The notes beneath the pieces are model-generated. The model saw nothing but the letters and a program-made list of their open reading frames with translations. It was not told where the DNA came from and made no database searches. Made by a program: the position numbers and the translations under genes. A stretch of 64,000 nt of DNA from Methanobacteriota archaeon (GTDB lineage Archaea; Thermoplasmatota; Poseidoniia; Poseidoniales; Thalassarchaeaceae), in contig PSPX01000011.1 in assembly GCA_004195715.1 (NCBI GenBank), positions 4,339-68,338 on the forward strand, written 5' to 3'. Below are positions 50,951-60,835 of this stretch, one piece after another (within the stretch, counting starts at the first letter, position 1; every line of letters starts with the position of its first letter).

Positions 50951-51964
50951 TCAGGCATTGCGATACTCGTTGAGTAGCGTCTTGCTACTCTTGGCAAAGG
51001 GAATTGCAAAAGCAACCCTCTTCAGAAGTGCTTTGATATCCGATCTGGTGATTTTGATTCTGCTGCTCTCATCAAGCACGTTACTTCCTCTCAGGAGTTT
51101 CAGGGTACGCTGCCCGATAAGTACGGGCAGCATGCAGGACCCACGAAGTCGAAACTGGCTGTGCGGAAGCATTCCGATGTAACTCACGGCTGCATCGAGA
51201 TGGGATTCGGCTACGTCGATGTAAGAGTCGAATAGCGGTCTGAAACGCTCCATGTTGCCCTTGTCTAGAAGGTCGTAGGAATCCAAGCCGTGAGCCGACA
51301 GTGAACTGCTTGGGATGTAACAGCGTCCCATTCGTAAGTCTACAGGGATGTCTCGTAGGATGTTAATCAACTGCAGGGCCTTGCCGAAGCGAACGCCCTT
51401 CTCGAAAAGATCCGCCTCGGTCTCGGCATCAGTATCGAACAGATGGTCGAGGGTCATCCTAGTCCAGAACTCCCCTACGCTACCTGCGACCCTGTATGCG
51501 TAGTCGTCCAGTTCAGTATCCTCTGACAGGGAGACCACCTTTTCCTCTGTTGCACCGAAGAAACGCTGCAGGTCAAGGCTCTGCCCTCCCACGATAACAT
51601 CGAGACAGCGGCGGATATGGAGCTGGTCGGAGTCGGAGAGCCGGTCGATACACGCCACTGTGGCTGGCATGCTCTCCAGCAACTTCCTCTCGGAATCGAT
51701 TCTCTGTAGACGAGCGAGCTCTGAGAGGTCTGGCAGCAAGTCCGAGCGGCCCTGCGCGTACTCATTGTACTGTTCCAGTGCTACGAACCTACTCTCAGCA
51801 GATCCTCTCTCTGAGTCTGCTATGGTGTCGGAGGTCCGGGCCAGAAGGTAGAGCAGACCGATTTGTGAGCGGACGCCTGAAGGCAACTCCTTGAGACTGA
51901 GATAGAAGGAGCGCGAGGTGCCCTCTAGTATTGCATCCAACTCCGTGTCCAGTAGGTCTGCCAT
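50951..51964 (-). CDS. Squalene synthase-like farnesyl-diphosphate farnesyltransferase
   Basis: TSRSF flap, YLLARTSDTIAD, YAYRVAGSVGEFWT, LQLINILRD...GRCYIP. Confidence 0.85.
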   Translation of the reverse strand: MADLLDTELDAILEGTSRSFYLSLKELPSGVRSQIGLLYLLARTSDTIADSERGSAESRFVALEQYNEYAQGRSDLLPDLSELARLQRIDSERKLLESMPATVACIDRLSDSDQLHIRRCLDVIVGGQSLDLQRFFGATEEKVVSLSEDTELDDYAYRVAGSVGEFWTRMTLDHLFDTDAETEADLFEKGVRFGKALQLINILRDIPVDLRMGRCYIPSSSLSAHGLDSYDLLDKGNMERFRPLFDSYIDVAESHLDAAVSYIGMLPHSQFRLRGSCMLPVLIGQRTLKLLRGSNVLDESSRIKITRSDIKALLKRVAFAIPFAKSSKTLLNEYRNA

Positions 51965-51999
51965 GGCAATCCCTCGGTTCAACTCAGTCAGTCCCTCAT

Positions 52000-52929
52000 C
52001 TAAGACTCTCGCAGTCCTGCTTCGATAAGCACCCCGAGCAAAACCTCTCCGATGGCAGACGGGTCTCTGGCGATGTGGATGCCGGCTGCTTCGAAGGCTG
52101 TGAACTTCTCCTCTGCAGTTCCTTTTCCACCTGAGATGATGGCCCCTGCGTGCCCCATTCTCTTGCCCGGAGGCGCAGTGGCACCGGCGACGAAACCCAC
52201 GATGGGTTTGCTGAAATTATCCGCAGCCCATGCGGCCGCATCCTCCTCGGCGGTGCCGCCAATCTCACCAATCAGAACCACTGCCTCTGTGTCCGAATCC
52301 TCTTCGAAGGCGGCTAGGCAGTCGATGAAACCGGTCCCGCTGACCGGATCGCCACCGATGCCGATGCAAGTGGTCTGCCCCTCACCTATGCTCATTGTCT
52401 GAGCCACAGCCTCGTAGGTCAACGTGCCTGACTTGGAGATGATTCCTATCCTGCCCTTGGCGTGGATGTACCCCGGCATGATGCCAACCTTGCAACCACC
52501 TTGATCCCCAGGTGTGATTATTCCTGGGCAGTTGGGGCCAATCAGTCGGACTCCAGGTTTGTCAGCGATGTGGCCAATCGAGCGTACCATGTCTAGGGTT
52601 GGAATGCCCTCTGTGATGCATACGATTACGCCGCCTTCGTTGAGCTCATGGAAGGCCTCGGCGGCTTCGATGATGGCTGAAGCGGCGAATCTAGCTGGCA
52701 CGTAAATCACGCTGACGTCAGCGCCAGTATCCAAGACTGCCTCGGCCATACTGTCGTAGACGGGGACTGAGCGACCGGGTAGGTCCACTGTCTGGCCGCC
52801 CTTTCCCGGAGTGACTCCGCCGACGATATCGGTGCCGTACTCGATCATCCGAGTGGCGTGAAAGGTTCCTTGACTGCCGGTGATACCCTGCACGAGCACC
52901 TTGCTATCCTCATGGACCCAGATGCTCAT
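52000..52929 (-). CDS. sucD: Succinyl-CoA ligase alpha subunit
   Basis: [26 protein letters not shown]. Confidence 0.97.
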   Translation of the reverse strand: MSIWVHEDSKVLVQGITGSQGTFHATRMIEYGTDIVGGVTPGKGGQTVDLPGRSVPVYDSMAEAVLDTGADVSVIYVPARFAASAIIEAAEAFHELNEGGVIVCITEGIPTLDMVRSIGHIADKPGVRLIGPNCPGIITPGDQGGCKVGIMPGYIHAKGRIGIISKSGTLTYEAVAQTMSIGEGQTTCIGIGGDPVSGTGFIDCLAAFEEDSDTEAVVLIGEIGGTAEEDAAAWAADNFSKPIVGFVAGATAPPGKRMGHAGAIISGGKGTAEEKFTAFEAAGIHIARDPSAIGEVLLGVLIEAGLRES

Positions 52930-54137
52930 TAGTTCCCACCTCCGATTGCACCGACTATTGCCTCAGCACCCTCAGCGAGGGTACTGGTCGTGATGACGGC
53001 CAGGTCGCTCGACTCGAGAACTTCCTTGCCCTCCTTGTGATTGGTTCCGGAGAACCTGACCACAAGCGGGACCTCAAGGCCAATCTCCCTAGAGGCGTTT
53101 ATGATGCTGCGAGCGACCATATCGCAGCGGATGATACCGCCGAAGATGTTGACGAGGATTCCCTCGACATTGGGGTCTTCGAGGATGATGCCAAAGGCGG
53201 TTGTGATAGACTCCTTGTTGGCTCCGCCGCCAATATCGAGGAAGTTCGCTGGCTCACCGCCATACAGTTTGATGACATCCATCGAGGCCATCGCGAGGCC
53301 AGCGCCGTTGACCAAGCAGCCGATGTTGCCGTCGAGTTTGACATAGGATAGGCCGGACTGATTCGCCCTGACCTCAACCTCCTCTTCCTCGGAGAGGTCA
53401 CGTAATTCATCCCTCCAAGGGTGCCTGAACGATGCATTGTCATCGAAGCTGACCTTCGAGTCCAACGCGACCATGATGCCACCCTCGGTTCGGACGAGTG
53501 GGTTGATCTCAATCATGGAGCAGTCTCGCTCGACGAACATCCCCTCTAGTTGACCAATCATCTCGACGAAGGAGTCGTGGGCCGATCCTGTAAGTCCCAG
53601 TGAGTCAGCGAGGGAGTCCTTCTGCTCGTCCTGCAGGCCCTCTCTAGGATCCACCCAGGCCTTGTGGATAGCCTCGGGAGTGTTCTCTGCCACTTCCTCG
53701 ATATCCATGCCGCCCTCAGTCGATACCATGATCAGGACAGAGTCAGCCTCCCGGTCGACCAGTAGGGCGAGGTAGTACTCGTGGGCGATGGCACAGCCAG
53801 CCTCGATATACAGGTTGTTGACCATCTTGCCAGCGGGTCCAGTCTGCTTGGTGACTAGTCTGTGTCCGAGAATGTTTGAGGCGTAGTTCTCGACCTCCTT
53901 GCGAGAGAACGCGATCTTCACACCGCCCTCCATCACCAACTCGCCAGTGTCCGGAGAGTACAGGCTGCCTTTGCCCCTGCCACCGGCGTGAATCTGACTC
54001 TTGACTGCGACTACCTTAGAGCTCAGCGAATCATAGGCTGCGAGGGCTTGCTCGACGCTGGTGCAGTGAACACCGTCCTGAACTGCGATACCTGACTCCC
54101 TGAACAGGGCTTTGCCCTGATACTCGTGGATATTCAC
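52929..54137 (-). CDS. sucC: Succinyl-CoA ligase beta subunit
   Basis: [33 protein letters not shown]; GTG start inferred. Confidence 0.97.
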   Translation of the reverse strand: MNIHEYQGKALFRESGIAVQDGVHCTSVEQALAAYDSLSSKVVAVKSQIHAGGRGKGSLYSPDTGELVMEGGVKIAFSRKEVENYASNILGHRLVTKQTGPAGKMVNNLYIEAGCAIAHEYYLALLVDREADSVLIMVSTEGGMDIEEVAENTPEAIHKAWVDPREGLQDEQKDSLADSLGLTGSAHDSFVEMIGQLEGMFVERDCSMIEINPLVRTEGGIMVALDSKVSFDDNASFRHPWRDELRDLSEEEEVEVRANQSGLSYVKLDGNIGCLVNGAGLAMASMDVIKLYGGEPANFLDIGGGANKESITTAFGIILEDPNVEGILVNIFGGIIRCDMVARSIINASREIGLEVPLVVRFSGTNHKEGKEVLESSDLAVITTSTLAEGAEAIVGAIGGGN

Positions 54138-54235
54138 GACCCGGCGACCCCCGCGCCATCTTTCAACGATGCGCATGCACGCCGTGTGTGGCGCGGACGC
54201 GAAGCGCTCAAACGCGGCCACACGCCCGACAGGGT

Positions 54236-55195
54236 ATGGACGTCATAGTTCTGGCCGGGGGCTTCGGCACAAGGCTGCGACCGTGGACAGAGGGACGGGC
54301 CAAGCCGCTGCTACCGCTTCTCGACAAGACCCTGCTGGAGCGGGTGGTTGAGGCAGTTCCTCCAGAGATGGTCAACAGAGTAGTGGTCGCTGCTGGATAT
54401 GGAATCGACGAGATGGAATCTTTCTTCGAAGGCTCGAGCATGCCCTATGATGTCGTATTATCAATCGAGCAAGAGGCCATGGGAACGGGCGGTGCGGTGG
54501 CGTTGGCGCGGCAGCACCTCAGCGGAGATGGCCCAGTTCTCGTGCTCAATGGGGACCTAATCTCAAGCGTTGATGTGGCCGCTCTGGCCGCTCATCATAC
54601 GGCAACAGGCGCCAAGGTCACGCTGTCCCTTTGGGAGGTCGAGGACCCGAGTCGCTTCGGGGTCTGCGATCTCGACGAGTCGGGCATGATTGGTAGGTTC
54701 CAAGAGAAACCGGAGCCGGGCACAGAGTTCTCCAATCTAATCAACGCAGGGTGCTATCTAATCGAGCGTGACGTGTTGAGTAATCTTTCCAGTGACAAGC
54801 ACAGCATGGAGCGCGAGGTCTTCCCCGGTCTCGCCGAGGCAGGAGGGATGGCCGGCCTCGCGTTCACCGGCTACTTCGTCGATGCCGGCACTCCAGACTC
54901 GTTCATCGAGGCCGCACAGGTATGCATAGCAAACGGCCGCTACGACAGCGGCCGTGTTGAGGGCGATTCATGGTTCGGAGAAGACTCCAACTGCTTCGGC
55001 ACGGTACACTCCTCCTCTATCGGTCCGGGATGCAACATCGCGGAGGGCGCTTCGCTGTCCGATTGCGTCGTCTTGTCGGGGGTGAACATAGGGACAGGGG
55101 CCCGACTAGATGGTTGTCTAGTGGGCCAGGGTGCCAATGTAGGCCCTGACTCGAATTATTCTGGTCTTGTGATAGGCCACGGTGCGTCTGTTTAG
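54236..55195 (+). CDS. NDP-sugar pyrophosphorylase (mannose-1-phosphate guanylyltransferase-like)
   Basis: LAGGFGTRLRP, KPLLP, NGD, FQEKP, DAGTP, C-terminal left-handed beta-helix. Confidence 0.9.
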   Translation: MDVIVLAGGFGTRLRPWTEGRAKPLLPLLDKTLLERVVEAVPPEMVNRVVVAAGYGIDEMESFFEGSSMPYDVVLSIEQEAMGTGGAVALARQHLSGDGPVLVLNGDLISSVDVAALAAHHTATGAKVTLSLWEVEDPSRFGVCDLDESGMIGRFQEKPEPGTEFSNLINAGCYLIERDVLSNLSSDKHSMEREVFPGLAEAGGMAGLAFTGYFVDAGTPDSFIEAAQVCIANGRYDSGRVEGDSWFGEDSNCFGTVHSSSIGPGCNIAEGASLSDCVVLSGVNIGTGARLDGCLVGQGANVGPDSNYSGLVIGHGASV

Positions 55196-55238
55196 GCCGG
55201 GAAAAACCGCAAATACCGGACCGATTGAGGCCAGTAGG

Positions 55239-58034
55239 ATGCCCGGCTTCGGCAACATCGGTTTTTCGGGCAAATTGCGTCCTTCGCAAGTAGCCTCATC
55301 GCAGATAATCGAAAACCAACTCTCGACCGGAGAGAAGAAACTCCTGATTGTGGCGCCGCCCGGCTCTGGCAAGACAGTCCTCGGCCTGTACGTCTGGTCC
55401 GACTTGATTAGGAAACCCACTCTGGTCCTCAGTCCAAATTCTGCCATCCAAGCACAATGGATTGCGCGTGCGAAGGAACTCTTCGAGCTGGATGGCAGGG
55501 AAGCCGATATTGGGACCAATCCGAAGGACCCTGGAATCCTGACCTCACTGACCTACCAATCGGTGACAATGCCATCCAAGGGAGGCGATAATTTGGACGA
55601 GGCGGCAATCGATATCTGGAAGGCCAAGCTGATGGAGCCGGACAACACTGGAACCTGCCAAGCTGAGGATGCAGAGTCTGCGATGGCCTGGATTGTCGAT
55701 CTTCAGGACAAGAACTCGGAGTACTACTCGGAGAGATTGGGATTCTACCGCAAGAAGGTTCGAGATGATTTAGCTCAGCACGGCAATGCACTGTGGATAC
55801 TCCACGAGTCATCGAAGGAGAATCTCAGGAGATTATCGGAGGTGGGCATCGGTCTGATTATCCTAGACGAGTGCCATCATCTGATGGAGCACTGGGGCAG
55901 GGTCCTAGTTGAGATGAGGGAATTATTTGGAGACCCCGTGATACTCGGGCTCACAGCGACCCCTCCGGATATTGATTCTGCCAGTGCATCGTCCGCAGAT
56001 ATGTACTCAGAGTTCTTCGGCGAAGTCGACTATGAGGTACCGGTTCCTGCTTTGGTCCGTGATGGTAATCTGGCTCCATATCAGGATCTCGCCTACTTCG
56101 TGCGCCCGACTCAGGACGAATTGAGATACATCGCCAATGTAGATGACGAATTCAACAAACTAGTCAGCCAGATTAGCTTGGGCTCCGATAAAGAAGAGAA
56201 AGGACGAACTCCTCCTCTGGAAATCTGGCTAGCTCAGACCTTGGACGAACTCCTCCTCCCAAGCGGATCTGCCAAGGATTGGGGCTCCTTCAGCAGAAGG
56301 GACCCTACTCTATCTCGACTGGCTCCGCTCTATCTATCTTACAAGGGACTCAGCCTACCTCCTGGGGTCCCGGCCCCAATCGAGTTAGGTATTGAGCAGT
56401 GGAACCAGCATGACATGATTCCTCTGCTTGACAGGTACATCAGGAACGGCTTGATGCGCTCGAAGAGCAAGAAGGACCACGCTCTCGCCGATGACGCCAA
56501 GCAGAAGCTCAGGATGCTGGGAGTCCAAATCACTGAGTCCGGGGCTAGAGCATGCGCCTCTCCGGTTGGCAGAGTGATGGCATACGCCAATGCGAAGTAC
56601 GATGCCCTCAGGGATGTCCTCAATGCCGAGATGCAGGCACTAGGGTCTGACATCAGGGCAGTTGTAGTGACGGATTTCGAGAAGACCTCGGCAACCGCTA
56701 TCGTCGAAGGTGTGCTAGACAAGGGCGCAGGAGGGGCTGTAGCGGCCTATCGGGCCATTCTTGAGTCCGATTCGACTGACATTCTGGATCCCGTTCTGAT
56801 GACCGGTTCCACCGTGCTTGTGGATGACGACCTCTTGGAGAGGATATTTCCCAGATTTGAGCAATGGGTAGAGGAGCGCAATCTTGACATCAAATTCGAT
56901 TACATCGAACGTGATGGCTTCATGGAAATCCGTGGGAGTGGTGAGCATTGGCAGCCGCGATATTACACGATGATGATTACCGAACTCTTCCAAGAAGGAA
57001 TCACCAAATGCATCGTCGGGACTAGGGGCTTGCTCGGCGAGGGTTGGGATGCCAGTCGGATTAACGTCCTGATTGACCTGACCACGGTGACAACAAGCAT
57101 GAGCATCAACCAACTGAGGGGGAGGTCCTTCAGGCTGGACAAGGAATGGCCCGAGAAGGTCGCAAACAACTGGGACATCGTCTGTTTGGCAGAGGAGTTC
57201 AGTAAGGGGTTCGATGACTATGACCGATTCAAGCAGAAGCACAGGCAGTTGTATGGCGTCTGCGATGATGGGGCCATAGAGAAGGGCGTGGGACATGTCC
57301 ACGCGGCCTTCACCGAAGTTCGCCCAGAGGGGATATCGGAGAATCTAGCGGTCTTCAACGAGGATATGATTAGGAGGGCGAGGAATAGGCCTCGTTCCAG
57401 GGATCTGTGGAATGTTGGGGTGCCCTTCAATGCGGTCCCGAAGGAAGCATTGGAGATGAAGACGGAAGGATTCGCACAAGGATTTCCTCCTGCGAGGAAC
57501 ATAGGTTCTGCCCAGTGGACTGACGAGTCATTGATCATGGCGATTGCAGACGCCGTCGCCTCATCGTTGATGGAGGTCGGAGAGATTAGTCCTGTTGCAT
57601 CAAGAGTAGCAGGTGGGAGCCGTTCGGGAGGATGGGTCAGGACCTATTTAGAAGGCCCCTCAGAGGAGGACTCGGAGATCTTCGCCAAGGCGATGCAAGA
57701 GGTTTTGGGGCCGCTCGACAACCCACGTTACATAATATCGAGAGATGTCAAGTACATCACCGATAACTGGCTGAGCAACCTGCTTCCCGAAGTACTGGCC
57801 AAGTACTTCAGGGGTACGAAGAATGAGTTAGTCATGTTTCACGCTGTACCCAAGCTGATGTCTAGGAACAAGGAGAGGGTCGCAGTATTCCAGAGATACT
57901 GGAATCTGAAGGTCAGTCCCGGAGAGGTGGTCTATGGGCACAGCCAATCGGGTAAGGAACGGGTTGACCTCGTTAAGAGAGCAGGGTATTCTCCGCCATC
58001 AATCAACTTCCACAGTAAGAGCGTCTTCGTGTGA
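55239..58034 (+). CDS. SF2 DEAD/DEAH-box helicase (ResIII-like)
   Basis: APPGSGKT, DECHH, LTATP, LGEGWD, QLRGRSFR. Confidence 0.9.
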   Translation: MPGFGNIGFSGKLRPSQVASSQIIENQLSTGEKKLLIVAPPGSGKTVLGLYVWSDLIRKPTLVLSPNSAIQAQWIARAKELFELDGREADIGTNPKDPGILTSLTYQSVTMPSKGGDNLDEAAIDIWKAKLMEPDNTGTCQAEDAESAMAWIVDLQDKNSEYYSERLGFYRKKVRDDLAQHGNALWILHESSKENLRRLSEVGIGLIILDECHHLMEHWGRVLVEMRELFGDPVILGLTATPPDIDSASASSADMYSEFFGEVDYEVPVPALVRDGNLAPYQDLAYFVRPTQDELRYIANVDDEFNKLVSQISLGSDKEEKGRTPPLEIWLAQTLDELLLPSGSAKDWGSFSRRDPTLSRLAPLYLSYKGLSLPPGVPAPIELGIEQWNQHDMIPLLDRYIRNGLMRSKSKKDHALADDAKQKLRMLGVQITESGARACASPVGRVMAYANAKYDALRDVLNAEMQALGSDIRAVVVTDFEKTSATAIVEGVLDKGAGGAVAAYRAILESDSTDILDPVLMTGSTVLVDDDLLERIFPRFEQWVEERNLDIKFDYIERDGFMEIRGSGEHWQPRYYTMMITELFQEGITKCIVGTRGLLGEGWDASRINVLIDLTTVTTSMSINQLRGRSFRLDKEWPEKVANNWDIVCLAEEFSKGFDDYDRFKQKHRQLYGVCDDGAIEKGVGHVHAAFTEVRPEGISENLAVFNEDMIRRARNRPRSRDLWNVGVPFNAVPKEALEMKTEGFAQGFPPARNIGSAQWTDESLIMAIADAVASSLMEVGEISPVASRVAGGSRSGGWVRTYLEGPSEEDSEIFAKAMQEVLGPLDNPRYIISRDVKYITDNWLSNLLPEVLAKYFRGTKNELVMFHAVPKLMSRNKERVAVFQRYWNLKVSPGEVVYGHSQSGKERVDLVKRAGYSPPSINFHSKSVFV

Positions 58035-58035
58035 G

Positions 58036-58635
58036 TCAAGACTCGCAATTGCTACAGTGCACCGAAGATCCAGCATGGCTCTGGCAAAACCTCTTCCTGC
58101 AGGTGAAGCACCTAAAGTCGAAGGCAGTCACGGCAGTCGAGCACCCCGCTTCTCCACACGCATCCTCAGAACCCACCTCTATCGTCGAGGGAGTGGGTGA
58201 GGGCTCCATCTCAACGACCGTCTTGGGACTAGCATCACTTACTACTCCCTCATCGCCAGAATATCCCTCTTCCCACCAGTCGTCCCCCACTGTCTCGGGC
58301 TCCTTGCTAAGCTCCTCCTTGAGTCCAAGTGTTTTGATTACGTAAGGGCTCGAGAAGAAACGCTCCGGATTAGCCACGCCAAACTCATTCAATATGCGAA
58401 TCCCATCTTCACGAGATTCGACTGCCCCACCCAGAACAGAATTAATCAGTCTGTTATAGGCATCAACCAGTGGCTTCCGAGGCTTCCGAGGTTTCACTGC
58501 GGTAGACTCGCTTTTGATGAAAAACCACCAGAACAAGGCGAGGATGATAATTGTCGGAACCGGATAGTTTACCAAACCCCAAATTATTGCCCAACAGATG
58601 TAGAATATGCCTTCGATTGCGGCGGCATCTGTCAA
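58036..58635 (-). CDS. Membrane protein with C-terminal AN1-like zinc finger
   Basis: TTG start after GAAGGAG; N-terminal TM; C-x4-C...C-x2-C-x4-C-x2-H...C-x2-C. Confidence 0.7.
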   Translation of the reverse strand: MTDAAAIEGIFYICWAIIWGLVNYPVPTIIILALFWWFFIKSESTAVKPRKPRKPLVDAYNRLINSVLGGAVESREDGIRILNEFGVANPERFFSSPYVIKTLGLKEELSKEPETVGDDWWEEGYSGDEGVVSDASPKTVVEMEPSPTPSTIEVGSEDACGEAGCSTAVTAFDFRCFTCRKRFCQSHAGSSVHCSNCES

Positions 58636-58655
58636 CTAGCACAACTCCTTCGAAT

Positions 58656-58774
58656 GACCCCGGCGCTGTCCCGGCGCCGGGGTCGGTGAGGTACTAGCCA
58701 AAGTGAATGCGTAGCATTCTGCAGTCATTGCCCTCGCGGGCTCCTTCCTTGGGACAATGCGGGGTTGGTACCTC
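58656..58774. ncRNA. Putative structured RNA element (hairpin plus multibranch domain), family unknown
   Basis: 11-bp perfect hairpin; 12-bp long-range stem GAGGTACTAGCC/GGTTGGTACCTC enclosing two further hairpins. Confidence 0.45.
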
Positions 58775-58785
58775 GGACGATAAAC

Positions 58786-60099
58786 TCAACCCCGGACAGC
58801 GACCCTGATGGACGCCTCTGAGTTTCCAGCAACGTCCCCCTCGCCCTGTCTGATGGGCAACCCGAGGCGCTTGCACAACTCGAGGTGCGGTGCCGACCAC
58901 GGGTGCAAGCAGCGCTCGCTGGTCTCGTAGCCGAGCACGGTGATGGGCTCAAGCTCACCTTCCCAGCCATCATCATCCATCTTCCCAGTGATTCTGACCC
59001 ATGAGTGGTCGAACCGCCTAATTTCGTGGGATAGTTGGTGCAGTCCCGCGCGGGGCAGGCGGGCCATCAGAAAATCTCGCGGGATTGCCCGCGGCACGAT
59101 GGCAAGCCCCCTTTCCCCGTCGTGCAGATAGGCCACCGGTCCGATGTCCATCGCATCGAATGCCACCTGGGCCTTCTCGATGGACTCCGTCACGTCTCCC
59201 CACTTACTGGGCAGCCAAGTCACCACTGCTGAACGATCCTTGGTACCTGCCACGTGACTGCTCACCTCCAAGCTCGCGTATTCTGGACCATGGTCAGCCT
59301 GTTTTCGGGGCCGTTTTTCCCTTCTTCCGGGCAGCCTGAGTCTTGGCAGCGAAATCGGTGGGCGGGCGGGCAGCCTGACCGCCATCGGGTGACGAGGGAT
59401 TGAATTGACCCACTCCGCTACAGGGCACTCGAGCCATCCCTCCTCGAGTATCGTACATTCCCAGCCCGTTGAACCGTGCACAGTACCGGGCAGCCTGATG
59501 ATGCGGCGAGTATCGGCGGTGACTACCGGGTCGACTGGATGACCAGCTTCAATCACGCTGTCGAGCAAGGTCTTGCGTTGTTCGCGTACAGCCTCCTCGC
59601 GCTTGGTGGGGCTAGGTTCTGCGAACACGCTCCTGTCTGGGTCGTGGGCCACTAGGTGGAATCCTTTGCTCCCCGAGAACGAAACGTGCTGAATCTCAAG
59701 CTCAGTGTTTTCCAGCAACCAATTTCTCAGGCCCAACGCGGCTTTGCGGGCCTGCTCGAGTCTGCTTATGCAGAACGGGCGCATGTCGATGTCGAAGACC
59801 ACCATATGGTCGAGCAGTATGGGGGTTGGGCGGCTGGTATCCTTCAGCCGGGGCAGGTTTACCGGGTCGAGCCAGGAAGAGGTCGAGACATAGACGTCAG
59901 TTGGCATCGCACCCTCGAAGACTCCTGTCAGAGCCATGCCTGTTGAGATTCTCTTGCGAGCGGTAATCCATGGTCCCTTCAGCGACTTCCACCTGAACTG
60001 GTGTCGGCTGGGCTTATCCAGCCAGCCCAAGCCGACCCCTGCTCCGTCCGCGTAGTGCCCACTCAGCCCCCCCTCGGTCCATTCGGGTGGGTCCGCCAT
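58786..60099 (-). CDS. Archaeo-eukaryotic primase (PriS-like) with C-terminal extension
   Basis: DVYVS, VFDID, FSGSKGFH, DPVVTADTRRIIRLPGTVHG. Confidence 0.85.
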   Translation of the reverse strand: MADPPEWTEGGLSGHYADGAGVGLGWLDKPSRHQFRWKSLKGPWITARKRISTGMALTGVFEGAMPTDVYVSTSSWLDPVNLPRLKDTSRPTPILLDHMVVFDIDMRPFCISRLEQARKAALGLRNWLLENTELEIQHVSFSGSKGFHLVAHDPDRSVFAEPSPTKREEAVREQRKTLLDSVIEAGHPVDPVVTADTRRIIRLPGTVHGSTGWECTILEEGWLECPVAEWVNSIPRHPMAVRLPARPPISLPRLRLPGRREKRPRKQADHGPEYASLEVSSHVAGTKDRSAVVTWLPSKWGDVTESIEKAQVAFDAMDIGPVAYLHDGERGLAIVPRAIPRDFLMARLPRAGLHQLSHEIRRFDHSWVRITGKMDDDGWEGELEPITVLGYETSERCLHPWSAPHLELCKRLGLPIRQGEGDVAGNSEASIRVAVRG

Positions 60100-60172
60100 G
60101 CCCGCAGGAATTCGTAACCGCCCTTTGTCTAATCCCCGGCACGGTCAAAGGGAACTCGCCGCTCGCCGTTTC

Positions 60173-60835
60173 GTGAGCGGCTGCTTGGTCGTTGTCAATT
60201 TCAAGACCTACCAGACCGCCCATGGCGCGTCTGCCGAGGAACTCGCGCGCGTCATGTCCGGAATCGACACCGATGCACGGATGATTGCCGCTGTGTCCGC
60301 TCTGGATTTGGCTGCAGTTGTTGCAGCAGCACCCGATCTTGAGGTTTGGTGTCAGCACCTCGACCCAGTTGGTTTCGGTTCCAATACCGGATGGCTGCAC
60401 CCTGAGACAGCTATCGAGAGAGGGGCTACAGGGACTCTGATTAACCACGCCGAGCACAAGGTCAGCATCGAGCACGTGGCAATGCTCCTTGACCAAGTTC
60501 CCGAGGGCTTCGAGGTGTGCGCGTGTGCTGCAGACATCGACGAGGCGATGGCCATGGCAGCCCTAGTGCCGAACTACGTGGCAGTCGAACCGCCCGAACT
60601 CATTGGCGGAGATACCTCGGTGACCAACGCCGACCCCGATATCGTCAGTGGCACCGCTGCAGCAGTTCGTGAGGTCAGCGAAGAGGTCGAAATACTGTGT
60701 GGGGCTGGCGTCAAGACCGGGGCTGATGTGGCCAAGGCAATAGAACTCGGAACCACTGGCGTCCTGCTAGCAAGCGGTGTCACCAAGGCAGATGATCCCG
60801 CAGCAGCTCTAAGCGGACTGATCTCGGAACTCTGA
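60173..60835 (+). CDS. tpiA: Triosephosphate isomerase (archaeal type)
   Basis: VNFKTY, QHLD, INHAE, AVEPPELIG, LLASGV. Confidence 0.96.
   Translation: MSGCLVVVNFKTYQTAHGASAEELARVMSGIDTDARMIAAVSALDLAAVVAAAPDLEVWCQHLDPVGFGSNTGWLHPETAIERGATGTLINHAEHKVSIEHVAMLLDQVPEGFEVCACAADIDEAMAMAALVPNYVAVEPPELIGGDTSVTNADPDIVSGTAAAVREVSEEVEILCGAGVKTGADVAKAIELGTTGVLLASGVTKADDPAAALSGLISEL

Noticed and set aside
55239-58034. Type III restriction-modification system
   Set aside because: No adjacent Mod methyltransferase and no clear PD-(D/E)xK motif.
58656-58774. SRP RNA, twister or HDV-like ribozyme identity for the structured element
   Set aside because: Too short for archaeal SRP and lacks a convincing helix-8 motif; only fragmentary matches (GTCCCAAG, CCTCGC) without the required pseudoknot pairings.
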